This document shows, in pieces, positions 1-10,457 of a DNA stretch of 48,007 nt. The stretch's first letter is position 1, and each line of letters opens with the position of its first letter. The stretch is from assembly GCA_012862495.1 (NCBI GenBank), contig BLSG01000333.1, positions 69,919 through 117,925 of the forward strand, read 5' to 3'. The position numbers and the translations under genes are program-made. Below the pieces are notes generated by a model that worked only from the letters and a program-made list of their open reading frames with translations, was not told where the DNA came from and made no database searches. The DNA is from Thraustochytrium aureum. Its lineage: Eukaryota.

Positions 1-1165
1 ACAGTTTTGCGCAGCACAGATCTACAGACGTTTGGCGCGCGGCATCGGATGTCTCCAAACATTTCGGAATACAATTTGGAGAGCTGCAGGCATGTTTCGT
101 CGATGATCGCCTTGGACGAGCTGGTAATCGCGTTCGGAAGGTCCACGTCTTGCACCATCTCTGATTTGTTGATCTCGATAAACAGCTTCTCACCTCCGCT
201 TCGGACTTTACGGGATAAACTTGGACCAGGAGGTATATGTCGTCGCCGTCTGGGCCTCGGTCGTCCAGGATCCTCTTGACTGCCAGAATGCGGTGCTGGC
301 CATCGAAGAAAGCGCACTTTTGCGGGTGCGACAAGGAGGGCCCCTCGCGCTCCTTGAAGTCAAACACTGAAAGCGCGCCGTGGAAGATGCCACCGTCCTT
401 CTTAGCACTGATGATTTCCTCGACGCGCTCCTTGTCGGCGGGTCGTTGTGCGTGCCATATTGGCACACTCTCGCACAATGTGCGGCCCGACGCCTGGTAC
501 AGTTGTCGCAGGCCCTCGTCGAGGAGCAGCTTGCCATAGATCGGGTGCGCCGCCGCAGCGTCGAGATCGCCCAGGCCGCGTTGGGCCGCTGCGAGCTGCA
601 CCGCCGACTCACTCTCAAATGACATGCGCGTCGGAGACCGAGCGTCTCGACCTGGGCTCACCATCGCGCTTGCGCTGCTGACCGCATCAGAGAACTCTTG
701 ATCCGACTCGCAGAAGGCGGCATGTGCGCCGGATTCAGATTCGGATTGGTAGTGCGACCCGCGGGATGACAGCTCGCTCTCGGCGGCCTCTGCGCGCTCG
801 GCGTGCTTTTTGGCAGCTTCATGGTGCCGGATCAAGTCCATTCTTGTCTTGTCCATCACCGCGATGCTGCTCAGGGCGTGCTCCCGCGCTGGTGTGACTC
901 CTGTGTGCTGCTGCTGCTGCGACTGCTGCTCCGCAGCGGCCGCCTCCTCCGCGCCGCCCTCTTTGAGCGTGTTTGTGCGGTTGCGGAGCGGCATCCTCTG
1001 CCTGCCACTGAACTCACTGATCAGCCCGGCCATCGTCCCGCCAGACGCCTGCTTGCTCCGCAGCTGCCGCACGCTCTGCGCGCCACTCGCTGCAGGCGTC
1101 GCTAGCGCCTCCTGGGCGCGTCCGGGGTTGGCATTCTCTTTCGTCTCGCTCCTCCAAAACATCAT
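1..1165 (-). CDS. DGQHR-domain (DndB/ParB-Srx-like fold) protein, 3'-truncated by the window edge, with one frameshift at ~191
   Basis: My own translation of the minus strand; absent from the ORF track because no stop lies in the window. Open frame from ATG 1165 (MMFWRSETKE...) through a low-complexity N-terminus to HPIYGKLLLDEG...VPIWHAQRPADKERVEEI...GALSVF...FFDGQHRILAV (DGQHR at 290-304)...LLVQVYPVKSEAEV. After a one-base shift at ~191 it reads EKLFIEINKSEMVQDVDLP...MFGDIRCRAPNV. Confidence 0.8.
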   Translation of the reverse strand, partial: MMFWRSETKENANPGRAQEALATPAASGAQSVRQLRSKQASGGTMAGLISEFSGRQRMPLRNRTNTLKEGGAEEAAAAEQQSQQQQHTGVTPAREHALSSIAVMDKTRMDLIRHHEAAKKHAERAEAAESELSSRGSHYQSESESGAHAAFCESDQEFSDAVSSASAMVSPGRDARSPTRMSFESESAVQLAAAQRGLGDLDAAAAHPIYGKLLLDEGLRQLYQASGRTLCESVPIWHAQRPADKERVEEIISAKKDGGIFHGALSVFDFKEREGPSLSHPQKCAFFDGQHRILAVKRILDDRGPDGDDIYLLVQVYPVKSEAEVRSCLSRSTNQRWCKTWTFRTRLPARPRRSSTKHACSSPNCIPKCLETSDAARQTSVDLCCAKL

Positions 1166-1344
1166 TCTCCGCTCTCCAAGGCCCGCCGGGCGCGGCTGCA
1201 CCGCGTACCAAGCTCGCGAAAAGCCAAGAGGCAGAAGCTGCTCCTCGGCTCAGAAAGTGCTCTTCCGAGTCGGCTCAGTACCTGCTCCACGCCCAAGAGC
1301 TCCTGCGCCACGGCCACCAAGCGCAGCAGCACAAGCAGCAGCAC

Positions 1345-1403
1345 GCAGCAGTGCAGCACACGCAGCAGTGCAGCACACGCAGCAGTGCAGCACACGCAGC
1401 AGT
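1345..1403. repeat. 17-bp tandem repeat GCAGCAGTGCAGCACAC, about 3.5 copies, running into the gap
   Basis: Copies at 1345-1361, 1362-1378, 1379-1395 and a partial copy at 1396-1403. Confidence 0.9.
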
Positions 1404-2132
1404 NNNNNNNNNNNNNNNNNNNNNNNNNNNNNNNNNNNNNNNNNNNNNNNNNNNNNNNNNNNNNNNNNNNNNNNNNNNNNNNNNNNNNNNNNNNNNNNNN
1501 NNNNNNNNNNNNNNNNNNNNNNNNNNNNNNNNNNNNNNNNNNNNNNNNNNNNNNNNNNNNNNNNNNNNNNNNNNNNNNNNNNNNNNNNNNNNNNNNNNNN
1601 NNNNNNNNNNNNNNNNNNNNNNNNNNNNNNNNNNNNNNNNNNNNNNNNNNNNNNNNNNNNNNNNNNNNNNNNNNNNNNNNNNNNNNNNNNNNNNNNNNNN
1701 NNNNNNNNNNNNNNNNNNNNNNNNNNNNNNNNNNNNNNNNNNNNNNNNNNNNNNNNNNNNNNNNNNNNNNNNNNNNNNNNNNNNNNNNNNNNNNNNNNNN
1801 NNNNNNNNNNNNNNNNNNNNNNNNNNNNNNNNNNNNNNNNNNNNNNNNNNNNNNNNNNNNNNNNNNNNNNNNNNNNNNNNNNNNNNNNNGCTGTGGCGTT
1901 CGAGTCCGCCGGCAGGAAGCGGGCCGGGCCTGCCGGCGGCGCAGAGGCCGCTGCGAGGCCGGCGCCGAGCTCGCCAGAGGTGCGGCGTCGCCGTTTGGGA
2001 CGGGACGCAGGAGCGTGGCTCAGCTGAGCGCGGCGGCAGCGCTGCCGGGACTAGTGCCGGGGTAAGGTTTTCGTTCTCCAGGAGCCTTCGCGGGAGCGCC
2101 GGGAACGCAGCGCTGCATGTTGAGCGAGCGAA

Positions 2133-5090
2133 ATGGAACGGGTGGGTGCGTGGCGTTCGCGAGGGGTCGCTTGGCGCCGTGGAGCTCGCCGAGCAGCTCG
2201 CGGCTGCCCGGCTCACGTTCCCGAGCTCGGTGATCACTCGGCGCGAGTGCGGCGAGCTGGTCTGCCTCTCGATCGATCTGCTGTCAGCAACAGCCAGGTC
2301 GGACGCGCTGCAGGGCCGACCACCGCCGAGGCCACCGCCCCTCACCAGTGCCCATGTGATGGCCAAGCAGACGTTTCCCTGGCTCCTAGCGCAAGTAACG
2401 CGCCACAGCAGAGCGCTGCGGTGTGCCAGCTTGTCATCTACTTTAGCCAGAAGAAACACCTCGAGCTTGGCTCCGCCGAGCTGGGGCGCGTCGTTCGCTT
2501 TCTCGTGGAAGCGGTTCGCGCGTGCAGCGCAGCGGGGGTGCCGCGGCAGGAAAACGAATGCCTTGGCGCCCTTCAAGCACTCTCGTTTGTCCTTTTCAAC
2601 AACGGGGGGCGGTGCGGCTTGTTCCAGGGCGAGCTGCTGGACGTCCTGGTCGACGGCGTACTGAGGGACAGCAGCGCAGACTCGCTTGCGTGCGCGACGA
2701 TGGCATTCACGTGCGTCGGCAACTTGCTGCAGCGCAAGGCGATTGAGCGCGACGCGGCCCCGCGCATCGTCGAGCGCGCCCTTGCGTCCCTGGCGGCCTA
2801 CCAGGCGCTGCTAGTTGAAACGGACGTTGAGGACGACACGAGCGGCGCCGCGGCCCTGCGGCTGCCGCGCATCAAGGCGCTAAACGCCGTGCTGCGGGTG
2901 ATGCACGGCACAACGCTCGCGTTTGGGCTCGGCCCGTTCACAAAGGACATACCTGGCCTCGTCGGCCGACTCGTGCTACTAACGTGCCACGGCCTGGACT
3001 CTGCGCTCGCCGAGAAGGCTTTCCGCCAGCACGTGGAGGCGGAGGCGCAAAGCGGCGTCTCCGACTCGGAGTTGTCCGACTCGGACATGGAGCGCAAGTC
3101 CTCCTCGTCGCGCTACCTCAAGCAAATGGAAAAAGTGCGCGTGACCGCCCTGGACCTCCTGCAGACCCTTTGCCGCATCGAGTTCAAGGCGGTCCAGAAC
3201 CAGTGGGACCGAATCCTCCCGCAGAGAGATGGCTGCAATCCCGTGCCGCGCCACCCGTCGCTGCTAACCGTTGTCCTCTTTGACCCACAGCCTCGCGTTC
3301 GCACCGCGGCGCTCGCTGTGGTGGAAGCCCTGGTTGAGCACAGCCCGGTCCGGCTCTGGCTGTCGCAGCGCCGGCCCCGCAGCACAAGCACCGCTGCTTT
3401 TGCCTCCCTCGCGGTCAAGGTGGCGCGGATGGTCGGGCAGCTACACCTCGCACTTGGACGCGCCATCGCAACGGAAGGAAACCCGACCGCGCTCAGCCAG
3501 CTCCTCGGCTGCGTCGGCGCCGTGTTCCGCGCCGTCCCATACGAACTCCAGGGCAACGACGCGATGCTTGAGACCCTGCTGTCGCCAGCGGCGAACGAGC
3601 GCGGCCTCGCTGACGTCCTTTTCAGTAAGGACCCGTCCGCAAAGGTGTCTGAGGCGGCAGTCTCGTGCGTGGCCTCGCTTTTGTTCTCCTCAAAGGAGCC
3701 CTTGCCGCGGGTCGCGCTGTGGACGGAGCGGTCCCTGCTGCCCCGGCTGTTGCCTGCGGCGAGCCCGCTGCCACTGGACGCGAGGGTCACGCTACTTTTG
3801 GTGGCCAAGATCTGCCTGTGGTACTCGGACTCGCTCCTCGAATCAAATCTGTGGGAAGGGAGCGTCTCCGGGCTCCTGTTGCTGGCATTTGCTTCGCGCC
3901 AATCCTCTTGCCGCGAGGCCGCGGTTCTGCTCGTGGAGCAGGTCAGCAAGACAGACCAGAGCCAGCCCGTCACCCACCGCATGAAAGGCTGGGACGCAAT
4001 CGTTGCAGAGTACCTCCCGCGCGCGCTCAAGGACGTCGACGCCGACGTCCGCGCGGCGGCTGCATCCTGCCTTGCCGAGGTGCGATCGACTGTTTGGAGC
4101 CGCGTGCCCGTCTCACGGCGCCGCGAGTGCATCGAGGTCGTCGTGCAGGCATCGACGACCAGTGGCAGCAACGTGCAAGTCCGGCTAGCGACGCTCTCAG
4201 CCCTTGGCTCGATGGGCCTCGTCCATGCCTTCAAGCATGACGAGGCGTTCCTCGAGCTGGCCATACCGACGCTGCTCTCCTTCCTCGAGGACATCGCCGT
4301 GCCCGTCCGGTGCCGCGCAGCAATCGCGCTCGCGAATACCGTGTCCGTCCACGACGACGCGCCGATGACAGGCTCGCTCGAGGGCGAGGGTGGGGCCACC
4401 TCCCCGCGCTCTCGCGCAGCGCAGCTCGCCGTCAGCCATGGCCCGCTGCGTGCGCAACTCCTGGACGCGCTGCTGGCGCACGTAAGCGACCACGACAAGG
4501 TGGCTGCTCCCGCGCTTCGCGCCCTCGGGTTTCTGCTGGCGTCGATCGGCGCGGAGGGCAAGGACGACCCCAAGGTACAGCGCGCGCTCACCGGTATCTC
4601 GGGGTGCGTCTCGGGCGACGGCGCGTCCGCAAAGGTGGCTTCGAACGCCTGCAACGCTTTGGCGCTCGTTTTTGCTACCAGTGACCTGGTCGACCTCGGC
4701 GACCGGCAGCCTCTGCGGCAAGCTCTGGTCAAGTGCGCGACTGCGGGCGCCAGCTTGCGACTTCGGGCAGCAGCAGTGGCCGCAATATCAGCGGCAGCGT
4801 CGCGCGGGCTCGACGGCGGCCTGCAGCACGACTGCGGCCTGCCCTTGGCGAGTGAGCTCGTGCGCCTCCAGTCAGACCGACGCTCACTGCCCCCCGCGCA
4901 AGCCAGGCAGGCGGAGCGCTTGTGCGAGGTGCTGGCCGAGCTCTTCGTGGTGTGGTGGCCCTCAAGCGGCTGCGACGGAGGGCTTGCGACGCTGCCGGAG
5001 GAGGCCCGAGCCGTTGTCGCCTCCGCGCAGAGCGCAGTGCACGGTCTGCAAGGCACCTGCCCGAACGCCGGGGCGCCAAGGGTGCCATGA
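2133..5090 (+). CDS. HEATR6: HEAT repeat-containing protein 6 (HEATR6 / DUF4042-type ARM/HEAT protein)
   Basis: Uninterrupted 985-aa helical-repeat ORF. The SDSELSDSD acidic patch, KVRVTALDLL and SLLTVVLFDPQPRVRTAALAVVEALV segment resemble HEATR6; many HEAT-like units follow (DVDADVRAAAASCLA, VPVRCRAAIALAN, DHDKVAAPALRALG). Confidence 0.8.
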   Translation: MERVGAWRSRGVAWRRGARRAARGCPAHVPELGDHSARVRRAGLPLDRSAVSNSQVGRAAGPTTAEATAPHQCPCDGQADVSLAPSASNAPQQSAAVCQLVIYFSQKKHLELGSAELGRVVRFLVEAVRACSAAGVPRQENECLGALQALSFVLFNNGGRCGLFQGELLDVLVDGVLRDSSADSLACATMAFTCVGNLLQRKAIERDAAPRIVERALASLAAYQALLVETDVEDDTSGAAALRLPRIKALNAVLRVMHGTTLAFGLGPFTKDIPGLVGRLVLLTCHGLDSALAEKAFRQHVEAEAQSGVSDSELSDSDMERKSSSSRYLKQMEKVRVTALDLLQTLCRIEFKAVQNQWDRILPQRDGCNPVPRHPSLLTVVLFDPQPRVRTAALAVVEALVEHSPVRLWLSQRRPRSTSTAAFASLAVKVARMVGQLHLALGRAIATEGNPTALSQLLGCVGAVFRAVPYELQGNDAMLETLLSPAANERGLADVLFSKDPSAKVSEAAVSCVASLLFSSKEPLPRVALWTERSLLPRLLPAASPLPLDARVTLLLVAKICLWYSDSLLESNLWEGSVSGLLLLAFASRQSSCREAAVLLVEQVSKTDQSQPVTHRMKGWDAIVAEYLPRALKDVDADVRAAAASCLAEVRSTVWSRVPVSRRRECIEVVVQASTTSGSNVQVRLATLSALGSMGLVHAFKHDEAFLELAIPTLLSFLEDIAVPVRCRAAIALANTVSVHDDAPMTGSLEGEGGATSPRSRAAQLAVSHGPLRAQLLDALLAHVSDHDKVAAPALRALGFLLASIGAEGKDDPKVQRALTGISGCVSGDGASAKVASNACNALALVFATSDLVDLGDRQPLRQALVKCATAGASLRLRAAAVAAISAAASRGLDGGLQHDCGLPLASELVRLQSDRRSLPPAQARQAERLCEVLAELFVVWWPSSGCDGGLATLPEEARAVVASAQSAVHGLQGTCPNAGAPRVP

Positions 5091-5176
5091 CGCCACGCGC
5101 TTTTTTACTCGGGCCCGCAAGTGCTATGGGGTGCTGGACGGCGAAGCACCATACTAATCTGTCTGTTTGTGCAATT

Positions 5177-8100
5177 TTACGGAAAGTAGGTCACTTGGCC
5201 CCTGCGGCTGTGGGCGCTGGGGTCCCCGCAGAGCCCCGGCGCCTTCTTGTTGTTCTTGCGGCGCATCCGCTCTTGCGCCATGCGCGCCTTAATAGCGCTG
5301 GTCGTGGTCGGCGCTGCAGCCGCCCCGCCAAGCACCGAAGGCGGCGCGGGAGGTGCGGCGCCTGCGTCAAGCGTCTTGTGCTTTTGNNNNNNNNNNNNNN
5401 NNNNNNNNNNNNNNNNNNNNNNNNNNNNNNNNNNNNNNNNNNNNNNNNNNNNNNNNNNNNNNNNNNNNNNNNNNNNNNNNNNNNNNNNNNNNNNNNNNNN
5501 NNNNNNNNNNNNNNNNNNNNNNNNNNNNNNNNNNNNNNNNNNNNNNNNNNNNNNNNNNNNNNNNNNNNNNNNNNNNNNNNNNNNNNNNNNNNNNNNNNNN
5601 NNNNNNNNNNNNNNNNNNNNNNNNNNNNNNNNNNNNNNNNNNNNNNNNNNNNNNNNNNNNNNNNNNNNNNNNNNNNNNNNNNNNNNNNNNNNNNNNNNNN
5701 NNNNNNNNNNNNNNNNNNNNNNNNNNNNNNNNNNNNNNNNNNNNNNNNNNNNNNNNNNNNNNNNNNNNNNNNNNNNNNNNNNNNNNNNNNNNNNNNNNNN
5801 NNNNNNNNNNNNNNNNNNNNNNNNNNNNNNNNNNNNNNNNNNNNNNNNNNNNNNNNNNNNNNNNNNNNNNNNNNNNNNNNNNNNNNNNNNNNNNNNNNNN
5901 NNNNNNNNNNNNNNNNNNNNNNNNNNNNNNNNNNNNNNNNNNNNNNNNNNNNNNNNNNNNNNNNNNNNNNNNNNNNNNNNNNNNNNNNNNNNNNNNNNNN
6001 NNNNNNNNNNNNNNNNNNNNNNNNNNNNNNNNNNNNNNNNNNNNNNNNNNNNNNNNNNNNNNNNNNNNNNNNNNNNNNNNNNNNNNNNNNNNNNNNNNNN
6101 NNNNNNNNNNNNNNNNNNNNNNNNNNNNNNNNNNNNNNNNNNNNNNNNNNNNNNNNNNNNNNNNNNNNNNNNTCATCTCGAGGCGCTCGAGGCGCTCCTT
6201 AAAGTCGTCGCGGGAGCGGCAGGCTTCGACATACATGTCCATCGCGTGATGGAGCGCCTTGGTGGCGTCGGCCATGCTCTTGATCTCGAGGTCGCGCTTC
6301 TTGCCAACGATCGCGGCCTTGGCGCGACCCCTCTCCTCCTCGTCCTCCTCGTCGTCCTCTTCGATGTTGGCCGCTGCCTCCTTGACCTTTTGTCTTGGAA
6401 GCTGATCTCGTACTCGGTCGCCTCGAGGCGCTCTTGGAGCTCGCGCAGGGCGTCGAGGTCGGCGTCGCGCTGCTCGTTTAGCCCGGCGTAAAAGAGGGAC
6501 TGCAGGGTCTGCGGCTGGACGCGCGCCTCGCTCCCAGCGGACTTGTCTGGGGCTTCTGCGGACTCGGCGGAGGGGGTGCCTCCGCTCGACTTGGCTTGGC
6601 GGTCGCGCAGGGCCTGCTCGGCGCTCGTCTCGGCGGCCTTGGCTCGCTTCTCTGCGATGCGTTTGCACTCCTCGAGCTCGCGGCAGAGCTTCTCCTTCTT
6701 GGCGATGGCGGCCTCCTTCTTTGCAAGACTGCGGTTCAGACGCTCGAGCTCCTCGGCCTGCTTGATGCGCTCGCGCGCCCAGTCCTCGAGCTTGAGTCGC
6801 TGTTTCTGCTCCTTTTCGGTGAGCTTGCGGTTGTGTGCCGTGAGGCGCTGCGCCTGGCGCAGCTTGCGCTGCATGCCCGTGACCTGCTCCGTCTTCTGCT
6901 TGAGGAGGCGCTCGTCGCGCGTGGTGCGCATCTGCAGCTTTTGCTTGTCCTGGGCGAGAACGCGCTTCTCCTTTTTGAGTCGCGCGATCTCGATCTTGCG
7001 CTGCTGCGTCTCTTCGCGGTACCGCTTGGCGTTCTCCTCCATCTTGCGCTGGAACTCGACCTTTTGCTTTTTCATGGCGTCGATCTCGCGCTGCACCTTT
7101 TGCTCCTTGAGCCTCCATCTTGCGGGCCATGCGCTTGGCGTCGCTCAGCTGCTTGGTCTGCTGCTCGAGCGCCTTTAGGCGCTCGTTCTTCTGCTTGAGC
7201 TCGAGGCGCATGCGGGCGAGCTGCGCGCGCGTCTGGTCGTTGCCCTTCTTGGTCTCGAGTTCCTTGATCTTGCCGTCGAGGTCATCGCGCTGCTTTTGGG
7301 TGTCGCGCACCTCGACGTTCATCTCGGCCATCTTGGTTTCATAGTGCTGCTTCATCGCCTCGTAGCGCTTGCGCTCCTCGACGATTTTCTGCATCATCAC
7401 CTGTTTGGATCGCAGCGTGACGTCGTAGCTCTGCACCATGCTCTTAAAGCTCTCCTGCGTCTTTTGAAACTTCTCCTTGATGAGTCGCGTGGTCTCGTCG
7501 TCTTCCTCGGAGATCTCAAGCATCGAGGGGTCCACCTCGTCGCCGTCCACCTCCGCAGTCGGGCACGGACTCGCCCCGCTGGCTGCTGCTGCGAGCTCGG
7601 CCTCGGCAGCGGCGCCGTCTTGCTCGCCGAATATGGCGCTGAGGCTCTTGCGCACGCGGGCGTTGCGCAGGAGCTCGCGCTCGACGTCGTCCATGGAGTC
7701 GTCTGCCTCGAACTCGGCGCGCGTCTCCTGCAGTTCGCGGCGCGCACGCATGAGCTCGGCGTCGTTCTCCTCGAGCTGGCGCTCGAGCTCCTCGATTCTG
7801 CGAAGGTAGTTGGCATTCGCGGAGACTGCCGCATTGCGCGCCTCGGCGCTAACAGGGCCCGCACCCGCGCCGCCCTCTACTTCGCGCTGGGTGTAAAAGT
7901 CGATCTGCGCGGAAGCCATGACGTACTTTTCCTGCACGTCAGAGCGCTGCCTCTTTTCGCGGTTGAGAGCTTCTGCCAGGCGCTGCACCTCGGCCTCGGC
8001 ATCCCTGGCGCGCTTGCGCTCAATCTCCAGCTCCTCGCGGAGGGAGCCGTCCATCATGCCGTAGGGCGATGCTGCGAGCGACGGCGAAGCGGGCGAGAAC

Positions 8101-9420
8101 TGGAACGACGCAGCGTTGAACGAGTCAGGGCCAGCGCCTCCCTGGAGCTGGGCGCGAAGCTGCGCGATCTGGGCCTTGAGCGAGGCGATCTGGGACGAGT
8201 TGGGGTCGCGGTTCACGACTGGTTTGTTTTTGATGTTGCGCGCGCGGTTGGCGTAGCGTAGTGCGTTGAGGGTTTCCTCGATGTTGGCGTCCGCGGGCGA
8301 GACGCAGGCGATCATCAGTGTGCGGCTGTTGCCGCCAAGCGAGTCCTGGAGCATGCGCGTGAGTTTTGAGTCGCGGTAGGGGACGTGCGTGACCTGCTTG
8401 GTCTCGTCACCGAGGGCCGAGATCACGTTGCCGAGGGCCAGCAGGCCCTTGTTGATGTTGATGCCCTCCTTGAGCCGCGTCCCCGTCGCGCCGGTCCGCT
8501 TGGCGCGCTCAGAGCCCGCCAGGTCCACAAAGTGGAACTTTGCGGTCCGGTACTCGACATTGTCGCCAGCCTCCGCGGCCTGCTCGCCCTCCGGGACTGC
8601 GATCTCGCTCAGAGGAGACCCCCCCGTCTGGCTGGAGGTCTTGCTCGCCGGCGCCCTGCTCGCCAGCCTCGGCGCTCGGCTGCTCGCCCTTGCGCGCAGC
8701 GTCGGCCGGCCCAGGACCGGCACCAACAATCGGAAGGTGCTGCTCAATGATGATGGTGAAGATCGCGTGCGAGCGCGACGAGTGAAAGTTCATCTGCGTG
8801 CTGCCCGTGGTCCGGCACAGGGCGCCGCGCTCGAGCGCGCTGAGCATGTCTTGTGTGGACTTTACTGACTCCTCCCGCGCGCCGTCCACGACGACGCCCT
8901 CGCCTTTGTGGCCCTCGCGGATGCTCACTGCCTTGCCCTCTGCAGACCCGGCCGGGTCCAGGAGGTCCCGGATGTCCTCGCCGTACACCTCGAGGAACTG
9001 GACGCGGAGGTAAAACTCGGCCCCTGGGTTGGATTCCTTCTTCGCCTCGATTATGTCAAAAATCTCCTCCATGGCCCTTGGGATCATGCCCAGGTTTTCG
9101 TCGTCTTCGAGGCAGTCGGTGGCCGTCCCCATCGTGAATGTTTTGCCGGACCCAGTCTGCCCGTACGCGAGCACCGTGGCGTTGTATCCGTCGAACAGCG
9201 TGTTGACGAGGGGCGACACATTCGTTTTGTAAATCTCGGCTTGTTTTGAGTCCTTGCCAAACACGTTGTCGAACGTAAACCTCTTTTCCTTGCCCTCCAT
9301 GAGCAGCTCGGTCCTCGACGTTGGCTGGACGCACTCCATGCACCCGTCGACCTTCTCCTTGCCGAGAATCGGCCGGATCCGCACCGACACGCGCACGCTC
9401 GTCTCCGAGTTGCTGGCCAT
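5177..9420 (-). CDS. Kinesin-4 family (KIF4/KIF21-like) motor with long coiled coil; three frameshifts (~8620, ~7112, ~6390) and one gap
   Basis: Motor motifs [23 protein letters not shown] (P-loop), [12 protein letters not shown] (switch I), [44 protein letters not shown] and [20 protein letters not shown]. Coiled coil with [18 protein letters not shown]. Joined from ORFs 8509-9420, 5367-8747 and 6173-7096. The stop position (5177) is tentative. Confidence 0.9.
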
Positions 9421-10457
9421 CTTCCCAGTCCCTCCTCCCGCCGCGCGTCAGCGCGCGCCCTGCCGTGCCGCTCGCAACCGCGCCGACGCGCCTTCCCACA
9501 CTTTCACTAGGCGCAACCGCCGCCCCTGCCTTCCTTCCTTCGCCCGGCCTGAACGGNNNNNNNNNNNNNNNNNNNNNNNNNNNNNNNNNNNNNNNNNNNN
9601 NNNNNNNNNNNNNNNNNNNNNNNNNNNNNNNNNNNNNNNNNNNNNNNNNNNNNNNNNNNNNNNNNNNNNNNNNNNNNNNNNNNNNNNNNNNNNNNNNNNN
9701 NNNNNNNNNNNNNNNNNNNNNNNNNNNNNNNNNNNNNNNNNNNNNNNNNNNNNNNNNNNNNNNNNNNNNNNNNNNNNNNNNNNNNNNNNNNNNNNNNNNN
9801 NNNNNNNNNNNNNNNNNNNNNNNNNNNNNNNNNNNNNNNNNNNNNNNNNNNNNNNNNNNNNNNNNNNNNNNNNNNNNNNNNNNNNNNNNNNNNNNNNNNN
9901 NNNNNNNNNNNNNNNNNNNNNNNNNNNNNNNNNNNNNNNNNNNNNNNNNNNNNNNNNNNNNNNNTTGCCCGCTTGCCTGCTGCTGCTGGGCTGCCAGCCT
10001 GCATGCCTGCTGGGCTGCTTGGCTGGTCGACGCGTGTCGAGATGAAGCAAGCGAGATGCATCAGGACGACTCTCAAGCGAGCGGGCCGCCCGCTGGTACG
10101 TCGTCGTCGGCGGCCCAACCGAAGTGGCACCAATGCTTGACGGTCATGCATCCGGCCCAATCGACACCCGGCTCTGCCGCGAATGGCCTGCTCGCTCATC
10201 AGGCGGGCCGGAAAGGACAGTTGTGGAGCGAGCGAGCGAGTCGGACAACGAGACAGCTGCAACGCACATTTTCGTAGCTTGTCGCTTGCAATGAACAGCA
10301 AGTAGCGAGGTCGAAGGCGGCGAAGAAAAGCGCGCGGACGCAGACGCCGCCGACGAGCGAGCGCCGCTCAGCCTCATTAGGTGAGCGGCTTTTCTCTGAG
10401 ATCTTCGATCGACCCGCCGCTGCCCCGCCGTGGGCTGGCTTGTCCGGCCGGTGGAGT

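Noticed and set aside
185..195. GAG|GTGAG as an intron donor in the DGQHR gene
   Set aside because: The sequence immediately downstream encodes the expected LFIEINK motif in the shifted frame, so a single missing G fits better.
1345..1403. 17-bp repeat as telomeric or CRISPR sequence
   Set aside because: It is internal to the scaffold, has no spacers and is not a telomere-type G-rich motif; an ordinary minisatellite.
3113..5056. 647-aa antisense ORF over HEATR6, and many similar overlapping ORFs
   Set aside because: Shadow ORFs are expected at high GC3. They are Ser/Arg/Ala-rich with no recognisable motifs.
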